Below, in pieces: positions 42,159 through 57,630 of a stretch of DNA of 64,000 nt (position 1 is the stretch's first letter; every line of letters begins with the position of its first letter). The notes beneath the pieces were generated by a model. It was not told the DNA's origin, did no database searches, and saw only the letters and a list, made by a program, of their open reading frames with translations. The DNA comes from Epiperipatus broadwayi (Eukaryota > Animalia > Onychophora): NCBI GenBank assembly GCA_028023455.1, contig JAQFVV010000003.1, positions 8,742,001 through 8,806,000 on the forward strand, given 5' to 3'. Position numbers and translations under genes: made by a program.

Positions 42159-45039
42159 ATCTTCCTACTATGTAAAAATTTAATTTGCTCTTAAATAATT
42201 TCTATAAATCTAATTTTCTCTCATATGCTCTAACTTTCTATAACTTTGGTGCAGTTATTTCTTTATATGAATTTATGATTTAGTTTATTATTAATATGCC
42301 AATTTAATGCAATCTGGCAAGCTCCATTTATAAAATCCTTTCTTTTAATTAAATTAGAACTCCATGAAGTGAGGTTATTAATTCTCCCTTTTTTTTAGAT
42401 CTTAATATATATTATTAATTAATACGCTCACCAGATTGTTTTTCCAAGTTAACCTACTTTATGTTTTAATATAAAAATTGTTATTTGTCCAACTCTGAAT
42501 AGAATAAAGTAATTCTACCTGGGGTGAATCCAGAACTTAGGTTAATTAATGCTCTGAAACCTATTTATTTTATAAATGTTATTATTCAATTCTAAAAAAG
42601 TGACCTATTAGTTGTTTCTACAACTGCTAGCTTTCTTTTATTTTTACATACTTTTAAAATATCAAACACAATATTTTAATATTCTAGTTATTATCAAAAT
42701 CCACAAAGGTGGGATTGAATCATTTTTAAATAGCAGAAAATAGAAGGGGGTAAATTTTAATATTTCTTTTATTAAATAAAATCTTGTATATGTATATGTG
42801 TTGCAGCAGCATCACATATTATTTGTATAAATTATGGTATTCAAACTGGGACATTTATTTTTAAATCAGTAAATCTTATTCAATGTCATTAATGACATTT
42901 ATCTGTACTATGTCACTGACATTTGGCTTATCTTCGTGATTATATATATGTGCTTCTAATCTGGGAGTTACGATGGGATCGAACCCATAAATTTCTTCTT
43001 ATGTCCTGTCCCATGGATAGTTGAGCTTCCCAGGACTTTCTTCATATAAAAGGCCTCTGCACATTGGTGATATCCCCAGCATCTAATCCACTTTTCTCTA
43101 AGCCCTACAATGGGGGGGGGGTTTGCTTATGACCTAATTTTAGTGCTATAATATTAAAATTGTGCTCTGCTCAAATATATATGTAAACTCCAAATATTAT
43201 TAGCTAGATTCATTACTAATATTATTTTAGTTTCATTATACAATCCCACCATCGTAATTCATTATTTCTATATTTAAGAGTATATGCATTGGGGAAAAAT
43301 AAAGCGTTCTTCTTGTAAATGTTAATGAAAAGAATTTTCAATAAATATTTTGTCATATAACTAAATGTAATTTTCAAATGTGTTTTATTTATTTTCACAA
43401 CCATAATGGCATGAAAATAGTTTATATTATATCTGTAATAAATCCCAGAATGCTCCCCGAAATCATATGTTAGCCACCATGTTTCAGAATTGTAAATCAA
43501 AGCATTAATGGCAATATTATGTAATCTTTTTAATAAATGATTGGCATTTTAATACCGTACCCACCAAAGAGGTGTGTTAATGTATATATACTATTTAGTT
43601 AATGAAAAAGCATATGAGAATCATCAGCATGAATCCAAATATGTAATTATTTACCATTTGGTAGACTGCTCATTCATGCACATATTAATGTATGTAATTA
43701 AGTCATAATGTATATAATTAATTCTTTATATTAAACTATTTTATATTGTCTAACTTGTCTGAATAGTTTGAATTCCTTTTCTTCACTTCCATACATACAA
43801 CTATGTACATGCATATTTTAATGCAGTTAATATTGAGTCTCATTGTCTTTTCCATTCTGCTAGTGGGCCGGATTTAGAATAAATTCTCATGTGCCCTCAT
43901 TATATGTTATTCATTAGATGTTTGATCTGGGGCTTAGGGAATGCGTTCGAATTCAGGTTGGTCCCTGACTTAAATCTCAGGCTTGATTTGGTTTGAAGTA
44001 CATTTTTTTGAGTTCCAGCTCATGTTAGATGGATCAACATATTTTGACTGGTACAAGAGTTCAAAGTACTGGATAAATTGCATTTATATAAAACCTTATA
44101 TTTTTAATATGAATATTCTCTCACATTTTGTCTTCAAATGTGAAAAGTTATCATTACTACTTACAAAAATAATTACTTATGGCTTTACTTTTTAGACCCA
44201 ATATATCATAATATTTATGATTTTAGTCTTGAAAAAAAAAGTTGTTTAATTTTTACTTTGTTCATAAATGATGCTTTATTATAATTGTACTCAATGTTTT
44301 TGTTCACATTTTCTGAGATATAATTTATCTTTAATTATGTGTTACCAATATTATTGGTACATAATTTCAAATATTTAATTTATGTAGACTGTATATAAAC
44401 ATAATTATAAGCATACTGTGAGCATCTAAAATAAATTTGCATAGTTTACATCCTATATAATGTATGCACATTAAATTCTCTGTTCAAATGTAAGTAAACA
44501 CACACTGTAAAATATTTTTATTAGAAATTTATTGATAATGATAATATTTAAAAATTTGGATGCAAGAGGTGAAAAAATTCTGTATATTGATAAATGATAA
44601 AATTTGAATAAAAGGATAATCAATAGGAAAAAACTAATGAAAGTAATGAACATATTGGAGTTGAACATATATATGATTTTTTGATTTTAAAAAACCCTGT
44701 GTATTTGCTTCAAAATTATCATAATTAGACTTATTAAATGTCTGAAGGAAATGTTAAACTGTTCTATTTTTTTCTCTTGCTTGTTTGTAGTTGATTAAAA
44801 TCATTTCTATTAATGTTCATGATGGCAATCAAGGTTTTTACAGGAAAATAAAATACAGCTAATATTCATTTATGATTGCAATGTATCTTTTTTAAAGCCT
44901 TTTATGTCTGGTCTAGAGCTTTTTATACATCACAACTACTACCAATCATACTGCAGTAAAGAAAACATTTTGTCAGGCGGAAATGTAATCCACCAACAAT
45001 TTAATAGCATATTAAATTAACAAAACATTATATCAATTT

Positions 45040-46330
45040 TAGTAAAATGTGAACTCTGGTAACAATTGAACAAGACTGTAGATTATTAAGACAGACTGCA
45101 GAAATTTTTGAAAAGAGCAGATAATGCCATTTGGAAAATTGTTAGAGGAAAAAAAACTCAATTTCAAACTTTTCAAACAATGGTCTTTGAGAATAGAGAG
45201 AAAGAGAAGAACTTTCCCCTTCTTTATAGCTTTAATTATGTCTTTCACCTCTCCATTTAAAATGCTAGACAATTATAGGAAATATATGTTTGTTATTCTT
45301 TATTACTATATAATTTTTTATAAAACTCTACCACACATTTCTTAACATCAGCTCTTTTTATAATAAATAATTCCATATTTTTTTATTTATTGTAAAAATA
45401 ATTTTTCTGCCAAAACCAAGATGTTGTTTCATATTTTTAATATTTTTATTCTCTTCTATAAATTTCCTTGTTAATTCACAATTATATTTTTTCATAAAAT
45501 TAATTCGTTTTGTACCATTTGGCAAAATTCTAAATATTTCATTTTTCTCAAAGGATCATTTTTGTATATTTCCATATTTCTTCTTTTATTCATATGTTTT
45601 TTGTTTCAGTAAGAAATTTACTGGTAAATCACTACTTTTTGTACCAGCTATTGTTATTGCAGTTCTTAAATGTTTTATTCAAATCTGGACAGTCTTTGGA
45701 AGCTGTTAATTTTTGACATGTTTGAAAATTCTAATTTAAATTTATTGGAATGTTTCCAAAGATTAAAAATACTAATACTATTTTTTTTAATAATTTTTGC
45801 ACTAACATGTATCTCACATTACCCTAAACAATGATCATTTCCTGTGTTGAATCTATTAAGAACATTATAACCTTGAAATACATATTTATTGTTAGTCAAA
45901 ATATAATCAAATTCTGGTGTATCTTTATTTGAAGGATTCCATGTTTATTTCTGTTCAGCATTTTTTTCAAAGAAAGAATTCAAATATAAATTTTTTCCAG
46001 TTACAAACTTCACAAGTCTGTATCCTCTCTCTCTCAAGTCTATACCACCAGCATTCCATCTCAATTGTTTGTTATTTCTAGCATTAAATAATTCCATGAC
46101 AATTTAAAACTGTCGTTTTGTCTGATTAAAAGCATTTTGTATATCCATATAAAAATTCCCTACTTCTTCATTACAATGAAAACTTGTTAGAACATAAACC
46201 ATGTATCTGCTTTGGCATCTTCCAATAGGTTGAATAATTAATTTTGCCACTTTATTTGATGAACCATCAATCTCTACTATATTGTCCTTCCACTTTTTAT
46301 TTGCAATGAATCTCATTCAATTTATAGTAA
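45040..46330 (-). mobile_element. Decayed RTE-clade LINE (APE endonuclease region)
   Basis: Minus-strand peptides FIANKKWKDNIVEIDGSSNKVAKL, EEVGNFY and WNPSNKDTPEFDYILTNN...VLNRFNTGNDH match RTE-type APE motifs (KWTWxSP, EIDYIL, FNTGSDH). Confidence 0.7.
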
Positions 46331-48932
46331 AGTACACTTCCACTTTTTAAATCAACTGTCTCTTCACCTTTTTGTCAAATTTCACAAAATCCAATAATGC
46401 TCCATTTAATATTTGACTTTTTTTTTTTCAATTTATACATTTTTCTTATCTTGAAAATGATCTGCAGTTGTAAGTATCTAAATAAAAAGACACCATCAAA
46501 TGGCATTAGCACCTTCTACCTTCAGTTACAAACTGCTGCCGTACCTGGAAACTTCATAGCTACTGGAAATAATGATCATAATTTAGTTTGTCTATCATAA
46601 TTGTAAATATGTAATTATGGAAGGGGGTCATTCACACACATGCACATTCATTCTGCCTTCAAGAAAACTCAACTGACATTTCAGTTAAGAACTATCAAGA
46701 AACATCACACAATCACCATTTCTTAAACCACTAAACATCATATGATCACCATTTCTTATGCTTGCACTGAATGGCACTACTATATGGAGAGTTTTGCCTG
46801 CCTTAACTATCAGGCAACAGAGAAGAAAGACCATGGTGTTTCTAGATCTAAAATTGAGAGGTAAAAGCCAATAAATTCACTGTTTGGATGATGTCTATGT
46901 ACACACATATATATTTTAAATCTTTACAATAGTTTTACTTGTTTTTTAATTATCATATATAATTTCTGGTCATAATGCTTTCATCTAACTTTTGCTATGA
47001 TGTAATACTAATATTGTACTTTAAAAACACTTCTACAATTTTATAAACGAATGTTGAACAATTCTAAAGAATTTCTATGTATCAACCTGTTTAATCTACT
47101 CTCTTCTCTACTTTATAAATCAGGATCTTCAGCACGTGAGTGGGGTATGCATCTATTAAGCCATAAACTCAATGGTAGCTTTCATTAAATATTTAACGTT
47201 TTTTTTTATTGTTAATCTAGAGTCATTAAGTTTTTTTGTTTATTAAAGATAAACTGACGTTTTATAGACCGCGCGGTTTATAAGGCACATATCAGAATTC
47301 TTGTATCATGCTGTTTTGCAATAATGAAATCCTTAAACAACAAAATTTTTCAAGTCGAATTTTAAATAGATAAGGTTAAAACTTGGAGAAATTTGTTGGG
47401 ACAAATTTAACTTGAACTTGATTTTGAGAATACTGTATTTTCAAATTTTTAATTGTTTAAATTGAAACAATCTGTCATGCATTTAATAAAGGCACAACTG
47501 TTTATATGAGCCAATTAATATATGTATCAAAATTCTTATGGATCTTATTTATAAATATTCTATACATGAATAAAACAAAATAATGATTAAAAATTTAAAG
47601 ATTACAATATATAAAACTAAAAAGAATAAATTGGGAGAAGTATATATATATATGCGATGAAAATGACTTTTTCTCAGACAAATTTAATTCGTACATAAAT
47701 AATCGCATGCGAAAAATTTTAACTAAGTTAAACATCCCTTCTCTCTCTGAAACTTTTTTATGCTGCTGTTAAACTATATATTTAATCACATCCATTATCT
47801 TCTAATAAAATATTACTATGTCATTCTACTACATTCTCGTTTATTCTATCTCCTTTGAATAAATATATATGAATATATACTACCACATATAACTTTAAAC
47901 ACAGAATCACAAGATAGTTAATTAGATGGACATATGAAATACTTTTACTCAGCACTGAAATTGCACTTAGCCAAATAAATACTTCATAAAGAAGAATAAC
48001 CCATTTCGTTAAGAATACAGACATAAATGCAATTTTCCCACTCTACTTTAAACATTTTTTTAGCAACAAACAAACTGTCCATATATGCATACACAATCTC
48101 ATGTTTCAATTGTTCTGCAGACTTCTTCAGACCTATGATATAATGAACAAAATAAAATACATAACTATATAATGAAATGGAAATTAAAATTAGATAGATA
48201 TAAGTAAACTAAAATAATTATTCTAAGCCAACTGAAGAGCAAAAATATTTACAGGAATGTTATTATTACTCAACTATTATAATTTAATTCCTGGCTTTTT
48301 TTTCTCTTCTCACTAGAGTCTACTTTTAAATATGAGTAACAGATATTCAGGCTAGTTTCTGGATATTAACTATTTTCAAATTGATATTGGCTCTATCTTG
48401 AGTCTAAAAGATGTTTGCAGTGCAAAAATGGATTTATAATGAAGAACACTAATAATTGGATAATAGTAAAAGATTCATTTGACACTACTTATGCTTAAGA
48501 AACAGCTTTGAATAAAAAATACTAGAAAAGTCATATTACACTATAATGCATAAGCATTTTCAGTAAGCTTCACAAATATTAATGATTCTAGAGGAGCTGC
48601 CATTACATACCAGCTGTCAACAGCCACTGTATTAACTTTAGTCTTTTACTAAAGATCATATTAACTTATTGCAATTAATTCATAAGTGAGTTTGCTATTA
48701 TTAGCTTCATATCTAAACAAGCAATTTGGCTTGGGTTCAAGACTTAATACATTTGAAAATTTCAAGTTATTAACTCAAAATATAATTTGAGTAAAAGATT
48801 CCTGTTGGATAGCTAGAAAGCAAAAAAAAGCTCAAAACTGAGGTAGACCAAAAGCTAGTATCACCTGTTATCTTTTGATCACTCATTCAGAAGAAATTTC
48901 TGTTGTCAAAATGATGAAAGTTTCTAAGATTG

Positions 48933-49367
<435 letters not shown>

Positions 49368-49774
49368 ACTGTTCATCTAATTTTTTATTAGCTGAGAGTC
49401 TGGTACCTTACAAAATGTCTTAAGATTTCTTTGAAGTTTTCAGTTATTTAAAAATTGTCATTGACTTGAATATCAGACTGTAATTTATGGTGACATCATA
49501 CCATTTTTGATATATAATTTAGCATATGATGTGACTACATAAAACAAAAACAAAAGAAAAAAACAACTTTTAAATAGCCATTCCTCAAGATGCTTTTTAA
49601 CTATCAGAAGTAACATTACTTGAACACCTTTTTTCTTTAAATGTACACAAATTATTAAAATAGTAGCAATCACTCTCCCCCCACACACAACAGTATTACT
49701 TATCGCAGACTCTAGTAATCAATAAATGCTAGAAAAAAAGGCCAATGGCTTTATTGCTTGAGAATTTATAAGAA

Positions 49775-49866
49775 GTTTGAGTGCCAGAATTGCAAGTACC
49801 AGAATCCATCCTGGAAGCTCCTGATTCCAAGTCAGACACTCTACCAACTACACCAAACCACACAGG
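49775..49866 (-). mobile_element. Degenerate tRNA-like SINE head
   Basis: The minus strand reads GGTTTGGTGTAGTTGGTAGAGTGTCTGACTTGGAATCAGGAGCTTCCAGG, with an A-box-like segment and an anticodon-arm-like stem. The B-box is decayed. Confidence 0.4.
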
Positions 49867-49870
49867 GAAA

Positions 49871-50270
49871 GTGCTAGAAGATTGTGTGCTTCACAACCTC
49901 TATCCAGTACCTTCCAATCCAATATCATCAGACTACTTCCTAGCTTATGGTTTTCACCAGTGAGGAGCTTTGGTTCTGGGAGCAGTGCACCTGAAAATTT
50001 GGATTTAATGCATCATTTTCCCAGCATCCATTTTATAACTTTTCAGATTTATTGACTATACAGGCAGATTAGCTTAAAAGACATTATTGTGATTTCAGTT
50101 TGGGCTTATAGCTGTATAGCAAAAAAAAGTATAGTATGATTGCTGGAGAGGTGGTGCATTGGATCCAGTTTCAGGTGCACTGCTACCAGATCCAAAATTT
50201 TTCTCTGATAAAAGCCATAAGTTATATTGGATTAGAAAACACTGGATAGAGATTTCACATCTTTCTAGTA
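49871..50270. repeat. Diverged inverted repeat, arms about 130-160 bp
   Basis: ctctatccagt...ccaatat...cttatgg...gcagtgcacctgaaa...aatgca...ccagca (49871-50032) is mirrored at about 50141-50270. A related segment lies at about 16385-16445. Confidence 0.75.
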
Positions 50271-53200
50271 TCTATTAATTACTATAATTGCAATAGGCAG
50301 CACTATTATGTGAGAAATAAATTGTCACAGTTTTAACTTCCAGATGGTAATTGCTTGAATATACCTTTTCTGATTAATATTGGATGATTACATATTTTGA
50401 TTAGGAGTTGATTATGTAAAAAAAATCCTAATCCTAATTAGAACATGAAAAACATTTTCAGGTTTATTCAACTTGTATTTAAACTTAGGCATAAGCCATG
50501 TATAGGTAGTTGCATTGGAAGAAAGGTAGATGTATAAGTTTGTATGTATGAAAAAAAAACCTTAATTGAAATCAATTGGCTTTTCTTTAGATGAGATTTC
50601 TGATTCTAAGACAAAACGAATTGATTTACTTTTTGTTTTAAACTATCAAACACTTTTCTCATGTACGTTTTAATGTTTCAATTTAACAGAAATAATTTAA
50701 ATATAATAATCATAATTTATAACAACGTGAGGATATTACTGTAGAACACAATGACGTGTCATTTAAAAATAAAATTTTGTGAACTTTCAATCTATTAGCA
50801 CTGCAGCTAGAGTTTAGAATTTTCCTTTCTAGTTTTAGATACCCAGGGCACTCGGGCTTTGTCAGTTTGACAACCATTTTAAGATTAATGATTTAAAGAA
50901 AATTACATGAAAGGTCAAACCACCTTTTTATTTAATGTCTTCAATTTTTTCTTCTCTTTTAAATTAAGACTCTACTTAGAATATTTATATTTTATAAAAA
51001 TAATAATAATTTTTATTTTACAATAAACCCTATTACCAGTAAAATTTATATAACAACATGGAGTGTTTTGTTTATATATTAAAAAATAAAACGAAAAATT
51101 ATTATTTAAGTACATAGCAGCGAACTTTGAAATAAAAGTGATTGTTATTTAATGTATGCCATAAACCTAATTTTATAGTATGTTTATTTTTTTTATTTTT
51201 TTATGTAACTAGAATCTTGAATAAATAAATGAATAGTTGAATATTCTTAGAGGAGAAAAAAAAACTATTTTGATTGATTAAGTGAAACTATTTGCTCAAT
51301 TTGACAACTTGATAATTTGAACTTCACATGATTTCCTGAGCAATTGATTATTAATGTTTAGTTAATAAAAGTCTGATCTTAAATTATGTTCAGTAAAATT
51401 GGATATGTGCAAGTATAAACAGAATGATCTGAAGACCGATGATATGGCTGCAGTAAAGCATTGCCTTTAGAAATGGATGATTAGTAAAAGTAGTGATTAA
51501 ATTATTGAAGCAGGAATTAGCTCTAGTAAAATAGTAAAATTATTATAGAAATGTTATTTACTACAGTCTACAGAAAATACAAATGGTGAACATTGGGGAA
51601 TGCAAGGTTTAATTATTGATTCTAGAAGGTAATTAGATGAAAAGTAAACAGACTTTAAATTAATCCATCAAAAGGAAAAATAGTTCCAAACAGTTTATTA
51701 TTAAAGCATAATAAAAATAAACCGCTCTTCTTAAGCTTTTAAATTGTTGGATGGTAAAAATGTGATTGTTTTTTTAATCATTGTTTTGCTATTTAGCTAA
51801 TAATAATTAGACATCATTTATCAGTTAGTATTGAGTGATTAGCTAGATATGGATGATGACCTGAAAGAAAAATTCAAAACTTGATTAAAATCAGAAAAAA
51901 ATTTCAAGTTTAGCTAACCTTGATCAGAACTCAAATCTGTACCATGAAATTATTATATAGAGTCAAGCAGAATTTCTTTGTCTTTTAGTTTCAGTTCATT
52001 CTATTCTTTTATTGGACTAATCAATATAGTATAAGAGGTTTAGGATAAACATAGAATTGTAGAGTTTAAAAGCTTTTGTCATTTTATACTTTAGATTGCT
52101 ATAGAAAATAGCTTTTCTGGATTTTAGTTAATATATGCATTCATATAAATGATACAGGGTTTAAAATTTTTTAACTGTCTGTGATTCAAACTTAGCTGCA
52201 AGGTAAAGTATGCTGGAAATCATGCCAAATAGAAAATTACCAAGAAACTTTAGACAAGACTATAGAATATATAATTTTAGAATATAATTCATTACTATTT
52301 GTATGGAATGTAAGATTTAAAATTGTGAATTGACATTTTTCTTTTTTATATATACAATGGAAAAGAAGACTTTTGTAGATTTCAAAAAATTTAAATTATC
52401 TATGAGTATTATATTATAATGAATTTGGCTTGCATTAAAAATGTGGATCAATTTGGAATACTTTAAGGGAAAAATAGATTCAATATTATACTGATGAAGA
52501 GTTGTAAATGAAAAGTATTGAATAAGAATAATTGTAGTGAAGAGACCCATTATTTTTTCCCAGAATTAAAACATTGCATTTGAAAAGACCTTAGATAGGT
52601 ACATCCAATACTTATAATGAAAAGTCAAGACTTGTTCCTATTGATTTTGTTCTTGTAACTTAATAAATTTACATGGTGAAAAATTATTTTAGAAAACTGC
52701 TGATTAACTTAATTAATTTATATTAAGTATATTAAATACAGAGGGCACTTGGAAAAGATGGAATGTTAGTATACTGATAAAAGATTGTCATAGAGAGTAT
52801 TTGGATGATTAAATTGATGATCTGATTATTATTTTAGTATATAAACAATTTTTTTGCCTAAATGAGATAGATAATATAGTTTTTTTCATAATGATTCAAA
52901 TAAATACAATAATCTTTTAGTATCCATTCTGTTTTGTTCCAAATGGATATTTGAAATAATAAATAACAATGAACTCTTAAGTAATATATAATTTCAGTGC
53001 AGTTTGAAAATTAAAATTGACTATTTGTTACTCTGCTTTCAAAATCAGGTTCTATTTACCTGTTTAATGAGGTTTATTTAAACTTCTTTGAATTATAAAT
53101 TTTAATCCCTTTCATCAAGTATTAATCTTTAATATCTATGTAAACATGTTAGACCATAGTTAAAGGTGAATGTCCCCTTTATCACAATAACAAAGATTGC

Positions 53201-55859
53201 CTTGACAACAAATAAATTGAGATTCTTGATATTGTTCACTATATGTGGACTGTTTTCATACACACACAACTATGATATAATTTAATTTTTAAACTGTTGC
53301 ACTAAAACATCAGCAAAAATATAAAACAATGAGTTATGAAAAAGACAGAATAATAAAAAATCAGCATGCACAATTCATGGTGGTGCTCATGCAGACAAAA
53401 AAGGCATACAATTTATGGTGTATGACTTTTATTTTATTTTTTAAACTAACATTGTGGATAGTAAATCTACAGATTTAAGGAGACTGTTGCGTATAATTCC
53501 TGAAAGCTAATATCAAGAAATAGGATTGAGAAATAATCTGTTTATAATTTTTTTTCAATACTTATCCTTAATGTTGATTTTCATATCTATTTTTATTGTT
53601 TTAACTTTATTATATTAATTTTTATCTCAAATATTTTATAAAGTTTATCAATTCTATAATAACATTTTGTATGTTTATATTTACTATTCACAAGTGATTT
53701 TCTTTTTATTATTTCACTCATATTCTTCAGAATAATCTACATAATTTCTTTGATTTTGAATGTATATCAGTATACATTCATTTGCATATTGTTAATATCA
53801 TTATTTTTGAGATTTTGATTGAATCACATCTGCTATTGTCAGAATAGTGGCTGCTATTTAAGAGAAATTGCAGAAATATGATTTTCAGCAAACTGTAACA
53901 TTCATTTAAATAACTTCTGCTAACCAGATAATGGCAGATATGATTTGACTAAAATATGATTATAATGATGCTAATAAAAACAAGCAAATTGCATACATAG
54001 ATGTATCCCAAATATATATTTTATATATGTGATACAGTAGCAAGATTGAATATTACACTTTAGATAGCCCTGGGATCCATAGATAGGTATGATAGAATAG
54101 CCATAAGAAATTAAGATTATCTATGAAAATTCAATAAACAATGTCTGACCAAGAGCATCTTCTGTTGTCTTATAGAGTAAGATTTTGATTCATCAAAATA
54201 TAGATATTTTTGATACAAATATGTTCTTTTTATCTCCTCTCTATTTTACTTTATTCTCTTCAATGACCTAAGATGGTATATAACCCAGTCACTGTGAACC
54301 TTTCATGTCATTAGTCATTTCTTTGCACTAACTATGACAATAAAATTGTGCTTATGCATTCACATTTCCCTTTAATTACATGTGGAGAAATTTTGTCCCC
54401 ATTCTGCTTCAATCTTTTATTTTATGTGAACTTTGCATCATGTGAATTAATTAAAACCTGAACAAAGAAGAGCACTTATAGCAAAAAACCCTCAATATTT
54501 AATATTGATATAATCTTAGTAAAATTTGTTATTTTGAGAAAAAAAGATTTAGTTGAACTGTCAATGGCTATTAGTTTTTTTAGAAGAATAGATCATTGAA
54601 TTAAAAAATACTGCATTGTTTTGAATTTGCTGTGCTGTCTAATTTGGTATCTTCTTTTTCTGGAATTATTAAATGTGTCAACAAAATGCCAATTATTTTA
54701 AAAGTTGGTTTGCACAATGGTGTCTGTCTCTATTTTATCAGTGTTTATATTTCAAAATTAATTTCAAAAGTATAGAGAAAAAAAAGCTTTATTGTGTATT
54801 AGACAGTATTAATACATGAATATTATCATGAAGTTTTAAATGCACATGATATAAAATTAGTATTTTTTAATCCAAAGTTTCAAAAAATAATGATATTGGG
54901 TCTATAAAGTAAAATGATCTGCTGATATTGAAATTTTGAACAACATATAGATTAATGATAACACTTTTATTAGATTAATAATAACATTTTTATTAGGTGA
55001 AAAAATTGCTACAAAAGAACTTGGATGCAGCCACACTAAAAACAATGGTAATTAATAGACTACACGGAATTATAATGCGAGAAAAGTTCATATTATATGA
55101 ATATTTACAAGGGCAAATTATCAGACAAATGTTAGACTAGTATGTTACAAAGATAAAATGATAGTTTTGTTTTAAAAAAACTTTATTCCAAAACCATTGT
55201 TGCAAGAACTATTCATGATAAATTTCAACAGCTTTTACATTGGTATTTTTGAGGTTATCATGTTGCTGAGACATAGAAATTTTTTAATAAAAGTTTTGTG
55301 GATACAAGAAAATACATTCTTGGATTTGCTAAAAATAAGAATCTTATCTGTTTCTTTGGCAATGATTCTATAATTAATGAATTGACTAAATAAAAATATA
55401 AGCAATTTTCTGTTTGACAGAATATTAAATTGAATGTGGAATTGCACAAATAATATAAAGATTTAAAGGCTGAAATTTGACAGTTGACCAAAAGGCTTAA
55501 AAATGATTTAGTGGAATAAAATTGCAAATAGTATATAGTTATTTACATGTAATGCTTTCTTTAGGTATTTTTTGGCACTTTGATAGTAATATACAGATTT
55601 TAAAATAATATTTTATTAAATCCATAGTAGCACTTTTTTATTATACAAATAACATCATATCCAGATATACTTTGATCACTTTTTAAATTACTCATTTATA
55701 TTAAATAATCAAATAGTTTATTGTTTTGGAGTTTATAAAAAGTTATAATGCTCAAATGAAAGAGTGAAACTGTGATTTATTACTCTTGAATTTCAGAATC
55801 TGTCATTTTACCATTGTAGCAAAACATGCAGGGAACACATTTGGATTTAGATAAAGATA

Positions 55860-57125
55860 TTCAGCTTAATGAAGTTAAAATCAAAAGGCTGATGAGACAT
55901 GGAGAAGTCTAAAGTCATGGTATTGATATAACAGCTTCAAAACTATTGATATTTTTTTAGGAATTTAAAAATCAATGAAGATGCTTCACTTCTTTTTAAG
56001 AATGTTTCTAATGTTCCCATTTCATAAAAATAAAGAGGATAGAAAAGATTGCAGTAGTTATCATGGATTATCACTGTTATTCACTTTAGAAAAATATTTT
56101 TAAGAACTATGTTGAATAGGCCACTTTCAATTATAGGCAAATGATTACCAGAAATTCAATGTAAATTTTAGAAAATCAAAAAGTGCTATGGCTTTTTTTG
56201 ATAGACAAATAGAAGAAAAAAACCTAAAGCAAAGGTGTGATTTATATATTGTTTTTAATAATTTGGTCAAGGCATTTGACTTAATAAATAGTGATGTTTA
56301 AAATTAATCAGTTGTTTACTGAAATTTATTCATATAATATAACCTCATTGTAATGACGTGAGAGGAAATACTACTCTTGACAAAAAATATAATACTTTGT
56401 TTTTCATTTTTAGGACAATAATTTCTGTAATATTTTATAAGCCACTTTGTAAAGTAGGCATTAAGATCTGATTTAAGTTTGATACTTTGAACCAGTCAAA
56501 GTGGAAACAAGGATACCATCTTTTTTTTTTTATTTTAAAAAATTTAGGTTTATTAATATTAGGTATATACAAATGTTTCTAGTGATAGTTATATATGTTT
56601 ATATTGTTATAGATTCTCCAAGAGTTTGTGTAGTATGAGATGAGATTTGATTTGTTTGTTTAGTCAGATTGTAGATCAGAGAAACATTAGTGTGTGTTTA
56701 GGGCATTTTAATGTCCATACATTATTCAGATATTTGCGTGTTTCTTTTACCTGTTATATGATTTATCAATCATTAGGATTGATGTCATTTTGTAGGTAGG
56801 ATATTTTGAGCAGTTTCCATGTTTCTTCATGTAGAAACTTTGAGGAGAGCATTCTGTCTTTCTTTTGTAGTTTTGAAAGGGTAGCAAGGAAGAAAGAGTT
56901 TGCTTCTGGCTGGGGAATGCTAAACTTTAATTTACATCTTGTCACCCAGATAGAGTATGTAACAAATATTGCTACCATCTTTTTTGCTTCTGGATTTATT
57001 CATGCTGATGACTGCACTGTTTTTTTAAAATTCAAAAGATGGTCTACAATATATACTTAATATTTTGAAAGCAATCTATAAATATTTTGGTTTAGTTAAT
57101 GTTAAAAAAAAACTCAAGTATTAAA
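55860..57125 (+). mobile_element. Decayed RTE-clade LINE (RT region), interrupted by an L1-like fragment
   Basis: KEDRKDCSSYHGLSLL, LPEIQC, RQIEEK and YIVFNNLVKAFD lie before the insertion; HADDC, LQYIL and FGL..NVKK resume after it. Confidence 0.78.
56527..56972 (-). mobile_element. 5'-truncated, poly(A)-tailed fragment of the L1/Tx1-like lineage with a 13-bp target-site duplication
   Basis: The peptide FVTYSIWVTRCKLKF...LSKLQKKDRML...ETWKL aligns with the ORF2 C-terminus (YALWCTR...KLQTIRERDM...DTWNI). AATAAA precedes an A-tail. TACCATCTTTTTT occurs at 56514-56526 and 56973-56985. Confidence 0.8.
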
Positions 57126-57429
57126 TAAAATTTATCAGACAATAATTGAAAAAAATATTTATTCATCTTTTAGATAGCCAAATCATTTTATATATTGATT
57201 TGCATTTAAATATACTCCAATGACAGTTGATATAATTTTGAATGATCAACGATTATCAAATAACTGTTCAAGTAGGTTGTCTTAAATTCCAAACTTTAGA
57301 CTGATTTAAATTTTAGGTTGTTAACTTGAATGATAAAATGGTCTTAAAGGTTGTTTCTAGATACTTAACTGCATTATTAAACAATAGCATTTTTAGATAT
57401 ACTGTATATGCAATTTAGATAGAAAACAA

Positions 57430-57630
57430 ATCACCTTTCACACATAATCAGTACTATTGTTCAATAAATATTTAAAAATATGGGCAGCCATACATATTTA
57501 GAGCTTATTTTTAAGTAAACCTATGCTCATTGACAGTATTGGCAATATGGGTGGCTACCCATATTTTTAAAATTATTTACTGATAGAAAATGTTGCTTAC
57601 TTTTCATAGTGCATGTGTGAAAGGTAGTTT
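57430..57630. mobile_element. MITE-like fold-back element
   Basis: cacctttcacacat...tttaaaaatatgggcagcc is mirrored by ggctacccatatttttaaa...atgtgtgaaaggt. Confidence 0.6.

Noticed and set aside
52480-52525. Hammerhead-like CTGATGA...GAAA
   Set aside because: No pairable stem II and no stem I, so probably chance.
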